Assembly (NCBI GenBank): GCA_037381445.1 | Contig: JARRQT010000118.1 | Coordinates: 1-10,555, forward strand | Length of the DNA stretch: 10,555 nucleotides | Reading direction: 5' to 3' | From: Calditrichia bacterium | GTDB lineage: Bacteria > Calditrichota > Calditrichia > RBG-13-44-9 | In this document: piece after piece, positions 1 to 9,000 of the stretch | Numbering within the stretch: position 1 is the first letter of the stretch | How the letters are laid out: each line of letters starts with the position of its first letter | The notes under the pieces: model-generated | What the model was told of the DNA's origin: nothing | Databases searched by the model: none | Seen by the model: only the letters and a program-made list of their open reading frames with translations | Made by a program: the position numbers and the translations under genes

Positions 1-2
1 TA

Positions 3-533
3 TTGCTGCTTATATTTGGCGGCAGTTTTCTTATCTGGCAAGATTCTCAGGCGCAGAGTCAACTATCCAACGGCGTGATTGGAAATGGTGGCGTCATCGT
101 TTCCGGCAACAATAACCGTCTTGCGGGTACAGTCGGGCAGCCAATAATTGGGATACTTGGCAACTCTGCTAACACTCAACAGGTAGGATTTTGGTATCAA
201 ATCGCGGATATCGTCACCTATTTGGGGAAAATTCCTGGTATCTTGCCAACGGAATTTCGACTGGAGAGAAATTATCCCAATCCGTTTAATCCGTCCACGA
301 CGATTGTGTTCGCAATCCCCACGCCTTCCACCGTGAAATTGGTGATTTATGATTTACTTGGTCGGGAAGTAACGCTTCTGGTTGATGAAGAGATGCAGCC
401 AGGGGAGTATAAAGCGACCTTTAATGGGACAGGATTTCCAAGCGGTATTTATTTTTATCGTCTTACTGCTTTGTCGAATGAAAACCACTCATTATTGTTT
501 TCCCGAACACAGAAGTTAATGCTGGTCAAATAG
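3..533 (+). CDS. Small secreted protein with T9SS type A sorting (Por secretion / FlgD-Ig-like) C-terminal domain; probably 5'-truncated by the window
   Basis: The C-terminal ~95 aa have the typical CTD signature (LPTEFRLERNYPNPFNPSTTIVF...VKLVIYDLLGREV..LV....PGEY...F....PSGIYFYRL...QKLMLVK). The N-terminus is the tail of a signal peptide (LLIFGGSFLIWQDSQA/Q). The frame is open to the window edge, so the true start is likely upstream. Confidence 0.9.
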   Translation: MLLIFGGSFLIWQDSQAQSQLSNGVIGNGGVIVSGNNNRLAGTVGQPIIGILGNSANTQQVGFWYQIADIVTYLGKIPGILPTEFRLERNYPNPFNPSTTIVFAIPTPSTVKLVIYDLLGREVTLLVDEEMQPGEYKATFNGTGFPSGIYFYRLTALSNENHSLLFSRTQKLMLVK

Positions 534-564
534 CAGGGCGCAAATATTGATCTCAACTCAGTTC

Positions 565-634
565 AAGCCGCGGAGCTCCCGCCAAATAAATTGCCTACCA
601 GCAAATAAAATTATTTGGCTCCGTGGCTTTTTTT
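565..634 (+). terminator. Long hairpin plus T-tract; probable intrinsic terminator of the left gene, possibly bidirectional
   Basis: AAGCCGCGGA (565-574) pairs with TCCGTGGCTT (620-629, one G-U). GCCAAATAA (581-589) pairs with TTATTTGGC (611-619). A T7 run follows at 628-634. The stem starts 31 nt after the stop at 533. Confidence 0.7.
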
Positions 635-1014
635 ATAATTAGCGTCGATCCGGGTCGGTTTGGACGCCTTGCCCGGGCGATTTTGGAACCATTCCCTCGC
701 ATCATTCCGAGATTGGATTTATACAACCTGCTAAATGTGTACCCTGAAGTCCCTTGTAATGGTCTTCAGAAAAAAGCCACCCTCCCTCCCAGTGTACAAA
801 GTTTTGTTAGAGACGCTCTGGGCCAGGCTGAGGGCTTTCTGCAGTTTCCTTTGCTTCGTTATTCGACACTGAATGCCGTGGATGGCAAATAGTCCGGTTT
901 TCAGGGTTGCTTTCATAGCTGCCTTATCACGAATAAAGGCATCAGGCTATGTCCTCTTCCAATTTTTAAGACAACCAAGTTCAGGTTCATTTTATGAACA
1001 TGGGAAACAGCGAC

Positions 1015-1785
1015 TCAGATCGCTTCGGATAATTCTATGTTCTGCCTCAATTGATCCCGTTGGCGAAACGTAAAGGTTTCATCAGGTTTTGCTACCAGGT
1101 AATTCCTAAGGTCCGGACTACCGGGACTTGTCTCTAGCTGCAGCCCTGTGTTTTCGAAACAGACCGTGAGTTCTTCAGGACTGAAACAATGCAACTGTCG
1201 GATTTCGGTGGGCTCCAGCAGACCTTCCGAGGAGAGAACAATATATTCGTGATGAATATGCGAATTGCCGAGGTTATTCTCGTAATAGGATATGCGGGTG
1301 ATGCTCAGCGCCGGGTCTTCCACAGTGGTCATCTGCATATGCCCGTTATGCCATTCCGGCGGTGCCTTCCAGGGCTCCAAGATAAGAATTCCATTTTCAG
1401 AGAGATGGTTTTTACAGCAGCAAAGCAAATTGAAAAGCTGCCTGCTATTTTCCACAGAGCCAAAAGCTCCTGAAAGCAGAATAACTGCATCATATCGATT
1501 ATGCATCTCATAGCCAAATAAATCGCAATGGTGAAAAGATCCATTGGGATTTTTATCTGCCGCCCTCTCGATCATATCAGGGCAATCATCAATGCCATTT
1601 ACCCTATAGCCGTAATCGGCGGCCAGAATTCTTGCTAATTCGCCTGTTCCGCAGGGGATGAATAGCAGAGAAGCGGCATCCGGATGGGACCGTTTGATCT
1701 TTCTATTCAGTCTGGATGCCTGAGTCGTATAATCGGTGAATTTCGTATCAATTAGATCGTATAATTCCGCTGATCCGGTAAACAT
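1015..1785 (-). CDS. Class I SAM-dependent methyltransferase, TylM1/DesVI-like family (256 aa from the ATG at 1785)
   Basis: Colinear with TylM1-type enzymes: AELYDLI, SLL(F)IPCGTG motif I, GIDDCPDMIERA, YDAV, GILILEPW, ITRISY, HHEYIV, FSPEEL..CFENTGL. The ATG at 1785 has a GGGAAGGA SD upstream. The track's TTG start at 1818 lies in the terminator U-tract. Confidence 0.88.
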   Translation of the reverse strand: MFTGSAELYDLIDTKFTDYTTQASRLNRKIKRSHPDAASLLFIPCGTGELARILAADYGYRVNGIDDCPDMIERAADKNPNGSFHHCDLFGYEMHNRYDAVILLSGAFGSVENSRQLFNLLCCCKNHLSENGILILEPWKAPPEWHNGHMQMTTVEDPALSITRISYYENNLGNSHIHHEYIVLSSEGLLEPTEIRQLHCFSPEELTVCFENTGLQLETSPGSPDLRNYLVAKPDETFTFRQRDQLRQNIELSEAI

Positions 1786-1813
1786 GTCAATTGGTTTCCT
1801 TCCCTTTGGTTTC

Positions 1814-1853
1814 AACAAAAAGGGAGCACCCCATTTTATTATAGGATACTCCC
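1814..1853 (-). terminator. Intrinsic terminator closing the TBDR-cargo-PorV operon
   Basis: On the minus strand, a GGGAGTATCC arm pairs with a GGGTGCTCCC arm (with G-U pairs) around an A/T-rich loop, followed by TTTTTGTT. It starts 13 nt after the PorV stop. Confidence 0.8.
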
Positions 1854-1866
1854 GGATGAGCAGCGA

Positions 1867-2889
1867 TTAAAAGCCGAGCCTGATTGAGAAAAACTGGTTC
1901 GCATTGAAGTAATCCACATCCCTGTATGTATAATCAAAGCAAACCACTGAATTCCCCATTCTCGCTTGAAAACCGGCACCCAATGTGGGACCGTAGATAT
2001 TGTCATCATTGTTTTGGGTCATCAGGTAGCCAGCCCGCAGGAAAAAGAAATCCCGGAAATTATATTCCAGTCCGGTCTTGTAATGGTCATTTCCAAAATT
2101 AAAATTCTGGAAATCGCCGTAGACATGCAAGGCGTGCTCTGCAGTGATCCTATGGGCATAACCCAGTCCAATTTCAAAAGTTACGGGCATATCAAAACTC
2201 TGCATCACCAGTTTCATGGGACGCGCCAAGGAACCCGGTTCAGTTCCATTCACAACCTCATGATGCTCGATATCTTCACCATCAAAACTCATGTTGGGTC
2301 CCAGGCTCTTCAGGGCAATCCCGAAATCGACACCCGGCATAATGTCTCGATATTGCACACCGAAATCGAACACGAAACCCGTGGCCCTCATCTGCCGGAT
2401 GGATTCATTCACTAGCTTTAGGGTAGCGCCGAAATTGATGCGGTCAGTCATGGCCCTCGAATAGGTGGTCCCCAGGATCATATACTGGGGGGAATAGCTT
2501 TCACCGGTGCCATCGGGAAATTCGGTTGTGGTTACCGGAATGTCACCGAAACCCATAGACTTAAAGGAAAAGCCCAACGCGCTGGAAGTACCTATCTTGA
2601 CGCCTACCGCCGCATAACCGAGATTGATATCGGCAAGCCAGTTCATATAGCTGAACATGACTTCGGTCCGGGGACCTGCAGCCAGCCCGGCCGGATTCCA
2701 ATAGATCGCCTCTGTGCCCATGATATTGGCCACATTTGCCCCGTTCAAACCAATTCCCTGTCCGCCGACCGGAATCAGTAGCTCCTGAGCCCCGGCGGTG
2801 CCGATCCGCGATTCGGAACCGGCAAAGAGCAACAGGGAAAAAATCAGGAGCAATATCAGTGTGAGAGGTATACGTTTTATCTTTATCAT
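1867..2889 (-). CDS. PorV/PorQ-family (UPF0164/FadL-fold) outer-membrane beta-barrel protein
   Basis: Signal peptide, then GTAGAQELLIPVGGQGIGL and AIYWNPAGLA, the characteristic N-terminal motifs of this family. Amphipathic strands follow, with a C-terminal beta-signal FSIRLGF. An AAGGAG SD precedes the ATG at 2889. Confidence 0.9.
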   Translation of the reverse strand: MIKIKRIPLTLILLLIFSLLLFAGSESRIGTAGAQELLIPVGGQGIGLNGANVANIMGTEAIYWNPAGLAAGPRTEVMFSYMNWLADINLGYAAVGVKIGTSSALGFSFKSMGFGDIPVTTTEFPDGTGESYSPQYMILGTTYSRAMTDRINFGATLKLVNESIRQMRATGFVFDFGVQYRDIMPGVDFGIALKSLGPNMSFDGEDIEHHEVVNGTEPGSLARPMKLVMQSFDMPVTFEIGLGYAHRITAEHALHVYGDFQNFNFGNDHYKTGLEYNFRDFFFLRAGYLMTQNNDDNIYGPTLGAGFQARMGNSVVCFDYTYRDVDYFNANQFFSIRLGF

Positions 2890-2952
2890 TTCGATTCTCC
2901 TTGAATTATTTCAATTCTATTTACATGATCCGCAATGGATCAGCCCTTCATC

Positions 2953-3834
2953 TTAGAATGTATCCAACCGTTCCTGTGGAACGAACAGGGCCATCTTGCC
3001 GATCTTTTCACCTATACCCGGTATTTCCACATGATAGATATATATACCACTGGCCACTGGCAGCTTGGATTCATTCAGCAGATCCCATTTTTCCCAGGTG
3101 CGGTCCGATATATTCTGCCGTTCCAGAGTGCGGATGAGCACACCCGCCAGGTTAAATATGCGGATCTTGCAGGTAGGCGGCAGGTGAGTAAACTCCACCC
3201 ACTTATTTAGCGGGTCCCGTTCTCCGGTATGGGTGCCGTAATAGGGATTGGGGAAGACATTGATCTTTTCGATTTCCTTTTTCGCCAGCTCTGCATCATT
3301 CACCACCGGATTTACCACTGCCGTGTCCGTCTGGAAAGTATAGGTAACACCCGGGCTGTTGACTTTGCTGGCAAATATCTGCAGGTTGAACTGATCATGC
3401 AGGAATGGCAGGCTGTTGCGCGAATGGGGCCAGATGGCGTACATTACATCCTGTTCCGGTCCCCAGACATCATCATCATAACGAGTGCCGGAGGGGTCAT
3501 AATCGGATGCCATGATAAACAGGTATTCACGTCCTCCCTTTTCACCATAGCCGGTATCTGCAGGCAGTTCGTGCCACCCCATATCCCAGACACCGTTGGC
3601 AGGGACGCTTACCTCCGGATTGTTCTCCCCGGCGATACCATCCATCTCCACAAAGCAGATATTAATCTGACGCGGATTGTCGGGATCGCTGATATCCCAT
3701 GCAGTGAATGGTACATCTCCCAGTCCGTTGTAGGCGTATCCCATATCACGCCGGTAGAGATATGCCTTTTGCCAGCGTTCAGGCTGGTTGCTCAGTGCCG
3801 CCGTTCCAGTCCCACCCTTGCAGGAGGTCCGCAT
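2953..3834 (-). CDS. C-terminal part of the large secreted protein, carrying the T9SS-type sorting domain
   Basis: It ends in INVFPNPYY...VEFTHLPPTCKIRIFNLAGVLIRTL...WDLLNESKLPVASGIYIYHVE...KIGKMALF. The first ~10 codons look like out-of-frame sequence. Confidence 0.75.
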   Translation of the reverse strand: MRTSCKGGTGTAALSNQPERWQKAYLYRRDMGYAYNGLGDVPFTAWDISDPDNPRQINICFVEMDGIAGENNPEVSVPANGVWDMGWHELPADTGYGEKGGREYLFIMASDYDPSGTRYDDDVWGPEQDVMYAIWPHSRNSLPFLHDQFNLQIFASKVNSPGVTYTFQTDTAVVNPVVNDAELAKKEIEKINVFPNPYYGTHTGERDPLNKWVEFTHLPPTCKIRIFNLAGVLIRTLERQNISDRTWEKWDLLNESKLPVASGIYIYHVEIPGIGEKIGKMALFVPQERLDTF

Positions 3835-5998
3835 TATCCGGAGGGTCGTAGGCCGTTCCTAGATGGAGTGGATTAATACCCGGGGGTGGACCCAATATCT
3901 TAAACTGGATCCCGTGAATAACCGGGAAGGCGGCGTCTGCAGAATCAGTGGACTGGTGATATATATTATCCAGAACGACATTTCCGCTGTTCATCAACCG
4001 CCAGAAAATTTTGCCATTCTCATCTTTATCAAATTGGGCCGTGTAGGTGTGTCCGGTCACTTTGGACGGGTCCACTACCACGCCGAAAGCGGTGCCGTCA
4101 CTTTCCCCTGTTTTGGAAGCGGATATTAGTTTACCTTCAATCTCACTGGTATACTTGGTTCCTATAGCATTGCCCTGGGGGGTCACTTCCAGGAAATTGA
4201 CCCCGGGGATCAGTGGGCTGTAAATGCTTTTGGGTGAACTGTTGGCATTATAACCCCAAGCCACCACACCGAACCAGTAACGTTTACCATTTACCAACCT
4301 TGGCAGAGAACTGGCGGAGAACTGGTCGTTGGTAATGGAAAAGTACCGCTTAAGACCACCATCGTTGCCTTTCCAGACCAGTTTTTCCAGATACTCCCCA
4401 GTCGGTTCATCCAACACAAAATCCCTGACCTCGGTAACGCCATCATTGACGTCAAAATTGGCAATGAGCTTGGCATTTCGGCGATCCAGATAATCATACT
4501 GGTACACCAGATAGCCCTGGAAGGTGTAGGTGGTATCCGGTGGATCATTGGGATCTTCGATAACTACCAGTGGGTCCTTTGCATCATATGCTTCCACATT
4601 GTGATAAGTGGCGCCCTTGAGGGGATCTTCATTGGACCAGTTCAGAATAATCTGCTGATCCAGGGTGGTTACTTCCACCTGAGGCGGCGTTGGGGGAGAG
4701 GCCAGGTTAAAGTTCAGGTCGTAAGCCATCTGGGCCAATTCGTCGTACTGTTTTAATAGACTGACACTGGCAAGATTGTCTGCGCCGCGTGCCACCATCA
4801 CACCTACCACGATTTCCTGAACTCCGGGCTCGCCGATATCCTCTTTCCCATTCCCGTTGGTATCTTCAAAGGGCTCCATGGTGAAGGGGCCGGTGGTCAT
4901 CATAAAGCGGCGGTCCGCCGGAGCGGAATCCAGCCAGCCGGTGCCAGAGGCGGGATCACCGGGAAACATATACTTTGTCGGCGGATTATTGGGATTCATG
5001 CCATCTCCGCCTTCGGTGATAGGGGTGCCATCCCGCCAGCGTGATTGCATAAAATTATATACTTCTGGTCCGGTTTGCGGGTCTCCATTGTTCTGGCTGT
5101 TATTATTATAATAAACAAATGAAGTCATGGGCAGATTTTTGTATCCCGGGAACGCCATACCGCTGACATATGCAGTATCGGTAGCCTCGCCGGTCACAAT
5201 GGGACCCTGAAAGAAATCGATACCGGTGGCCGGGGGTGCCTCACCATAATCGGTGTCATTGTTGTCACCGTTATAGCAGTATCCCAGGCTAAGGGTGGTA
5301 TCGCACCCCACCAGGTCATCGCCGCTTCCGCCCACATCCGGATCGCACCACACGGTGATGTAGGTATCTTCCAGTTTGGTACCGCTTTTATTCACAACCA
5401 GCCATTTTACAAAAACCGTATTGCCCAGCGGGCCGGTCCTGGCAAAGCCAAAAACGCTTTGTTGAACTTCAACCATCAGGGGGGCGGTGTTAATGGCGGT
5501 GTGATAAGAGGCATCTCCATCGTTATACACGCTCCACAAATATTGATCGCCAATTAGTTTCTCCGGCGCTCCGTCCTCCACCGCTTCGGCGTCCGGAGTA
5601 TCTGTGCCTAACCATTTGTAGAGGCCGTATCGGCTTTTATCCCAGTCATCCGGGACACCGTTTATTATTTTACCAGGCTTGTATTCATAGGAATATTCCG
5701 CGATCGCTACCCGGGGACTACCGTTTACCCGCGCCCCCACCCATAAACCAGATGCATAGATAGCGAAGGTGCCGGCTCCGGCCGGGTATTCAAATCCGGA
5801 ATCTCCGGTGATGGGATGGCGGAATAAAGAGCCGTAATTTGTGACCCAGGCGGAAATCTGGTTCACGTCGATATGCAGATAATCCTGCATGGCGATCTTG
5901 TTAAATGCAGGCGCGCTCATTCCGATATTCTCCCTGGCTGGGAGGGTAGCTGGAATCATGAGCGTCATAATTAGCAATAGGAAAGTTAATTTTTTCAT
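3779..5998 (-). CDS. N-terminal part (739 aa) of the large secreted protein; uncharacterised extracellular domains including an FN3-like segment
   Basis: The likely start is the ATG at 5998, with a GGAGGT SD and signal peptide MKKLTFLLLIMTLMIPATLPA. Motifs include DVNQISAWVTNYG, IYASGLWVGA, WCDPDVGGSGDDLVGCDT, DRRFMMTTGPF and PPTPPQVEVTTLDQQIILNW...LVNGKRYWFGVVAW (FN3-like). Confidence 0.8.
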   Translation of the reverse strand: MKKLTFLLLIMTLMIPATLPARENIGMSAPAFNKIAMQDYLHIDVNQISAWVTNYGSLFRHPITGDSGFEYPAGAGTFAIYASGLWVGARVNGSPRVAIAEYSYEYKPGKIINGVPDDWDKSRYGLYKWLGTDTPDAEAVEDGAPEKLIGDQYLWSVYNDGDASYHTAINTAPLMVEVQQSVFGFARTGPLGNTVFVKWLVVNKSGTKLEDTYITVWCDPDVGGSGDDLVGCDTTLSLGYCYNGDNNDTDYGEAPPATGIDFFQGPIVTGEATDTAYVSGMAFPGYKNLPMTSFVYYNNNSQNNGDPQTGPEVYNFMQSRWRDGTPITEGGDGMNPNNPPTKYMFPGDPASGTGWLDSAPADRRFMMTTGPFTMEPFEDTNGNGKEDIGEPGVQEIVVGVMVARGADNLASVSLLKQYDELAQMAYDLNFNLASPPTPPQVEVTTLDQQIILNWSNEDPLKGATYHNVEAYDAKDPLVVIEDPNDPPDTTYTFQGYLVYQYDYLDRRNAKLIANFDVNDGVTEVRDFVLDEPTGEYLEKLVWKGNDGGLKRYFSITNDQFSASSLPRLVNGKRYWFGVVAWGYNANSSPKSIYSPLIPGVNFLEVTPQGNAIGTKYTSEIEGKLISASKTGESDGTAFGVVVDPSKVTGHTYTAQFDKDENGKIFWRLMNSGNVVLDNIYHQSTDSADAAFPVIHGIQFKILGPPPGINPLHLGTAYDPPDNADLLQGWDWNGGTEQPA

Positions 5999-6067
5999 CA
6001 ATTCGTACCTCCGAATATTATTGTCTATGTTCTTTGATAGAACGAACATGAAGATCATCCTTTACGC

Positions 6068-9000
6068 TTAAATTTCCAAACGCAGACCCAAACGGACTTG
6101 CCGGGGAGCGTTATAATTGAAAGGATTGTTTTCCCGCTTCCGGTAAAGCTCAATTTCTGACGGACTGGCGGTCTGCTGCCAGGAGCGGCCTTCATTGCTG
6201 TCCAGCCATCCGTTGTTGTCCACATCGCCGGTAAACGGATACACATTCACTTCATTCTTCGTGTTCAGCACATTGAGCACCCACAGGTAAACATTCAATT
6301 TGCTGTTCATAGCCGACAGGTTGAATGTTTTATCGATCTTCATATCCAGATTATATCCCCAGGGGGAATAGTTGGAATTGATGGCAGAAATCGGCTGATT
6401 GCCCGTGCCGCCGCTCCAGAAGGGCTCGCTAACCACCGCGATCTTGGTATATGGACGACCGCTGTTAAAACTGAACAGGAAGTTCACACCAGTATTTGAG
6501 AAGGGGCGCATGCCGGCAAACATGATTCCCTGGTTCTCAGCCAATCGGTAATCCAGGTTAATGGTCCCTGTATGGCGCTGGTCAAAATCCAACGGATTGG
6601 TGGACTTGGGATTTTCTTCCTGCAGCCAGGCAATATTACGCAGGGTCTGGCTGTTGGAGCCGGTTCCAACTGCAAAGGAGAGAGCATAATTCACCGAAGC
6701 GCTGAAATTGTGATATTGGCGCATAGTAAAATTGACATCCAGACCCTTGACCGTGCCAAAGTCATTATTGAACATAAAACCGATTTCTTGGATGTCAGTG
6801 GTATAGCTTTCCTGCCTTACCAAATCTGCTGTTTCTTTGTAAAACGCAGTGATATTGAGTGCAGCTCTGGTGCTCAGACCCTGCTTAACCCCGATCTCAT
6901 AGGAGGTGGTCTTTTCCGGCTTTAGATTGGGATTTCCGATATTATCGTAATAAGGATGATCGAGCAGCAGTATATCGATATAGTTTTTGCTGGCATACAT
7001 GTCGATCAGTCGTGGCATCTGGTAGAATTTGCCATACTGCGCATGGAAGATGGTGTTTTCACTGACCGGATAGGCAAATCCCAGACGCGGTGAAAGAAAT
7101 GTATGAACTTTGGAATCCTCTATATCCGCGGCATCAAAACTCCTCGGATCGCCGCCGCTTGAATACGGATTGTCAAGGCTTTTGAACTGCCAGTCATTGG
7201 GATTCAGATAATCAAGACGAAGGCCCAGGTTTAGGATCAAATCGTTGTATTCAATCTTATCCTGTACATAGGCGGCTGCAATCATTGGATGCTTGGGTGC
7301 TTCAGGCCGCCCGGTTTCAATGGTTCCGTCGGCATTCTCAAACCAGTCACCGCTATTTGCTTCATTGCCATAGAAGTCGTAACCATAGTAATCGGCGCGG
7401 GCGGCATTGCGGAACAACTGATACCAATCTTCATTACTGCCTGTGAATCCTTCGAAGGGAGCTGCCAAACCGGAAACCCCAGGATAGGCCCCTAGGCTGT
7501 ACCAGCGAATCGTCCCGTAGCGGAATTCAGCTCCCATTTTTATCAGGTGATTTTTTCCCTGTTGGCGGGTCAGATCAAAATTAGCAGAATATTGAATCTG
7601 TTTGTCTTTAATATAGTTGTTAAACAGGTACCCGCGTCCATGCCAGGCCAGCGCAATGGTGTTGTTCAGCGGTGTCCCGGCAATCCGCTCGCCGGTTTCC
7701 GGATCAAGCGGCATATAGGGATTTTTGTTGGGATCGCCATAAGCATAAATATCATTAAAGAACACGCCGTCGCCCCTTTCCCGGAACGAATCATAATAGC
7801 CTAACCTCAGGTTATAAAAGGTTGTTGGATTGATAGTATGGGTAAAAGTCATATTCAGCGATTTGGTGTTCAGCTCTGTCCTTGGCGAATGTTCGGAATT
7901 AACCAGCATGTGAGAAACACGGGATCGATAATAGGTATCCATTTGCCCGTCAATATTTCCCAGGTTGGTATTCTGATTTTTGATAATACTGACCAGACCG
8001 GAGAACTGAATATTAAAGTTATTGGTTAACTGCCAGCGGAGTTTGCCATTAAAGTTCAACTGGTTTTCCCAGTTGCCGGGTTTGATATTCTGATCCAACG
8101 TGGTACTGAGCGTCTCGTTTTTCATACCGCTGAAAACCGAGGCACCAGTGGAATCCGTTTCGTAAACCGGTATATTATAAGGGTCTACAAAAGTATATGT
8201 CTTGCCATCCGCCCAGCCGAATCGTGGATCCCGATCTCCCCTGTAGAAACGTTGGAAAGAGCCGAAAAATGTCAGCTTTTTGTAATTGGGAATGAGCGGA
8301 CCACTCATGGTAAAATTATAATCATTATAGGCATATGAATAGGCACCAAAATTATTATTGTCGCGGGGCAGGAACTCATCTGTAACCGCTTCGGCTGAGA
8401 AATGATAATGTGGAGAACCTGCCTGAGTGGTGATAGCAACCAGGCCCGACATAATGCTGCCGTATTCTGCGTTGAAACCACCAGTCTGCACCTGGACCTC
8501 TTCGATCGAATTGGTATTTAAATTGGTACGGTTGCCTCCCAGAAGTTGTTCATTCTGCACAACACCATCGATGATGAATGCGGTTTCGTTGGAACGACCA
8601 CCCCGCATATAAACAACACCTTCATCGTTAATGCTGCCCGCTGTAATAGAGGCCAGACCATTGATATTCCGGATTGGCATCATTCGGATCTCTTCAGCAG
8701 TTCGAATATCTACCGTATTTGTCTCATCTTTCCGGACAATCGGTCTTTCTGCGGTTACGACGATGGCCTCACCCAAATCCAGAGCTGTTTCCTCCATGTC
8801 GAAATTGACATTGGATGTCAGATCTGCGGAAACCTGAACTGATTGGTAGGTTATATCTTTATAACCTATATAAGAAGCGGTAATATTATGCAAACCTGGG
8901 GGGACCTGGAGAATGACATAATAACCATCCAAATCGGTGGATGCCCCCAGAGTGGTGCCTTCCACCGTGATATTTACCCCTGGCAAAGGGTCACTTGTTT

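Larger units (their letters stand above)
2953..5998 (-). pseudogene. Single ~1,010-aa secreted protein gene with a T9SS-like CTD, interrupted by a +1 frameshift at about 3782-3858 (real lesion or assembly error)
   Basis: The 5' ORF has an SD and a signal peptide but no CTD. The 3' ORF has the CTD but no SD or signal peptide. They overlap by 56 nt in adjacent frames and have similar composition. Confidence 0.75.

Noticed and set aside
914..951. CTGATG on the minus strand suggesting a hammerhead ribozyme
   Set aside because: The core needs CUGANGA plus a correctly placed GAAA and three stems; here it is CUGAUGC in a simple bulged hairpin.
623..1073. Plus-strand ORFs 623-892 and 873-1073
   Set aside because: No SD and no recognisable domain. 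One starts inside the terminator and the other overlaps the methyltransferase antisense.
3779..3860. Programmed ribosomal frameshift in the cargo gene
   Set aside because: There is no X XXY YYZ heptamer, no prfB-like CTT-TGA with an internal SD and no homopolymer. GCC-TGA would not allow tRNA re-pairing in the +1 frame.
5999..6058. Track start at 6058 for the cargo gene
   Set aside because: The ATG at 5998 has a GGAGGT SD and begins a canonical signal peptide; the 20-aa extension is intergenic sequence.
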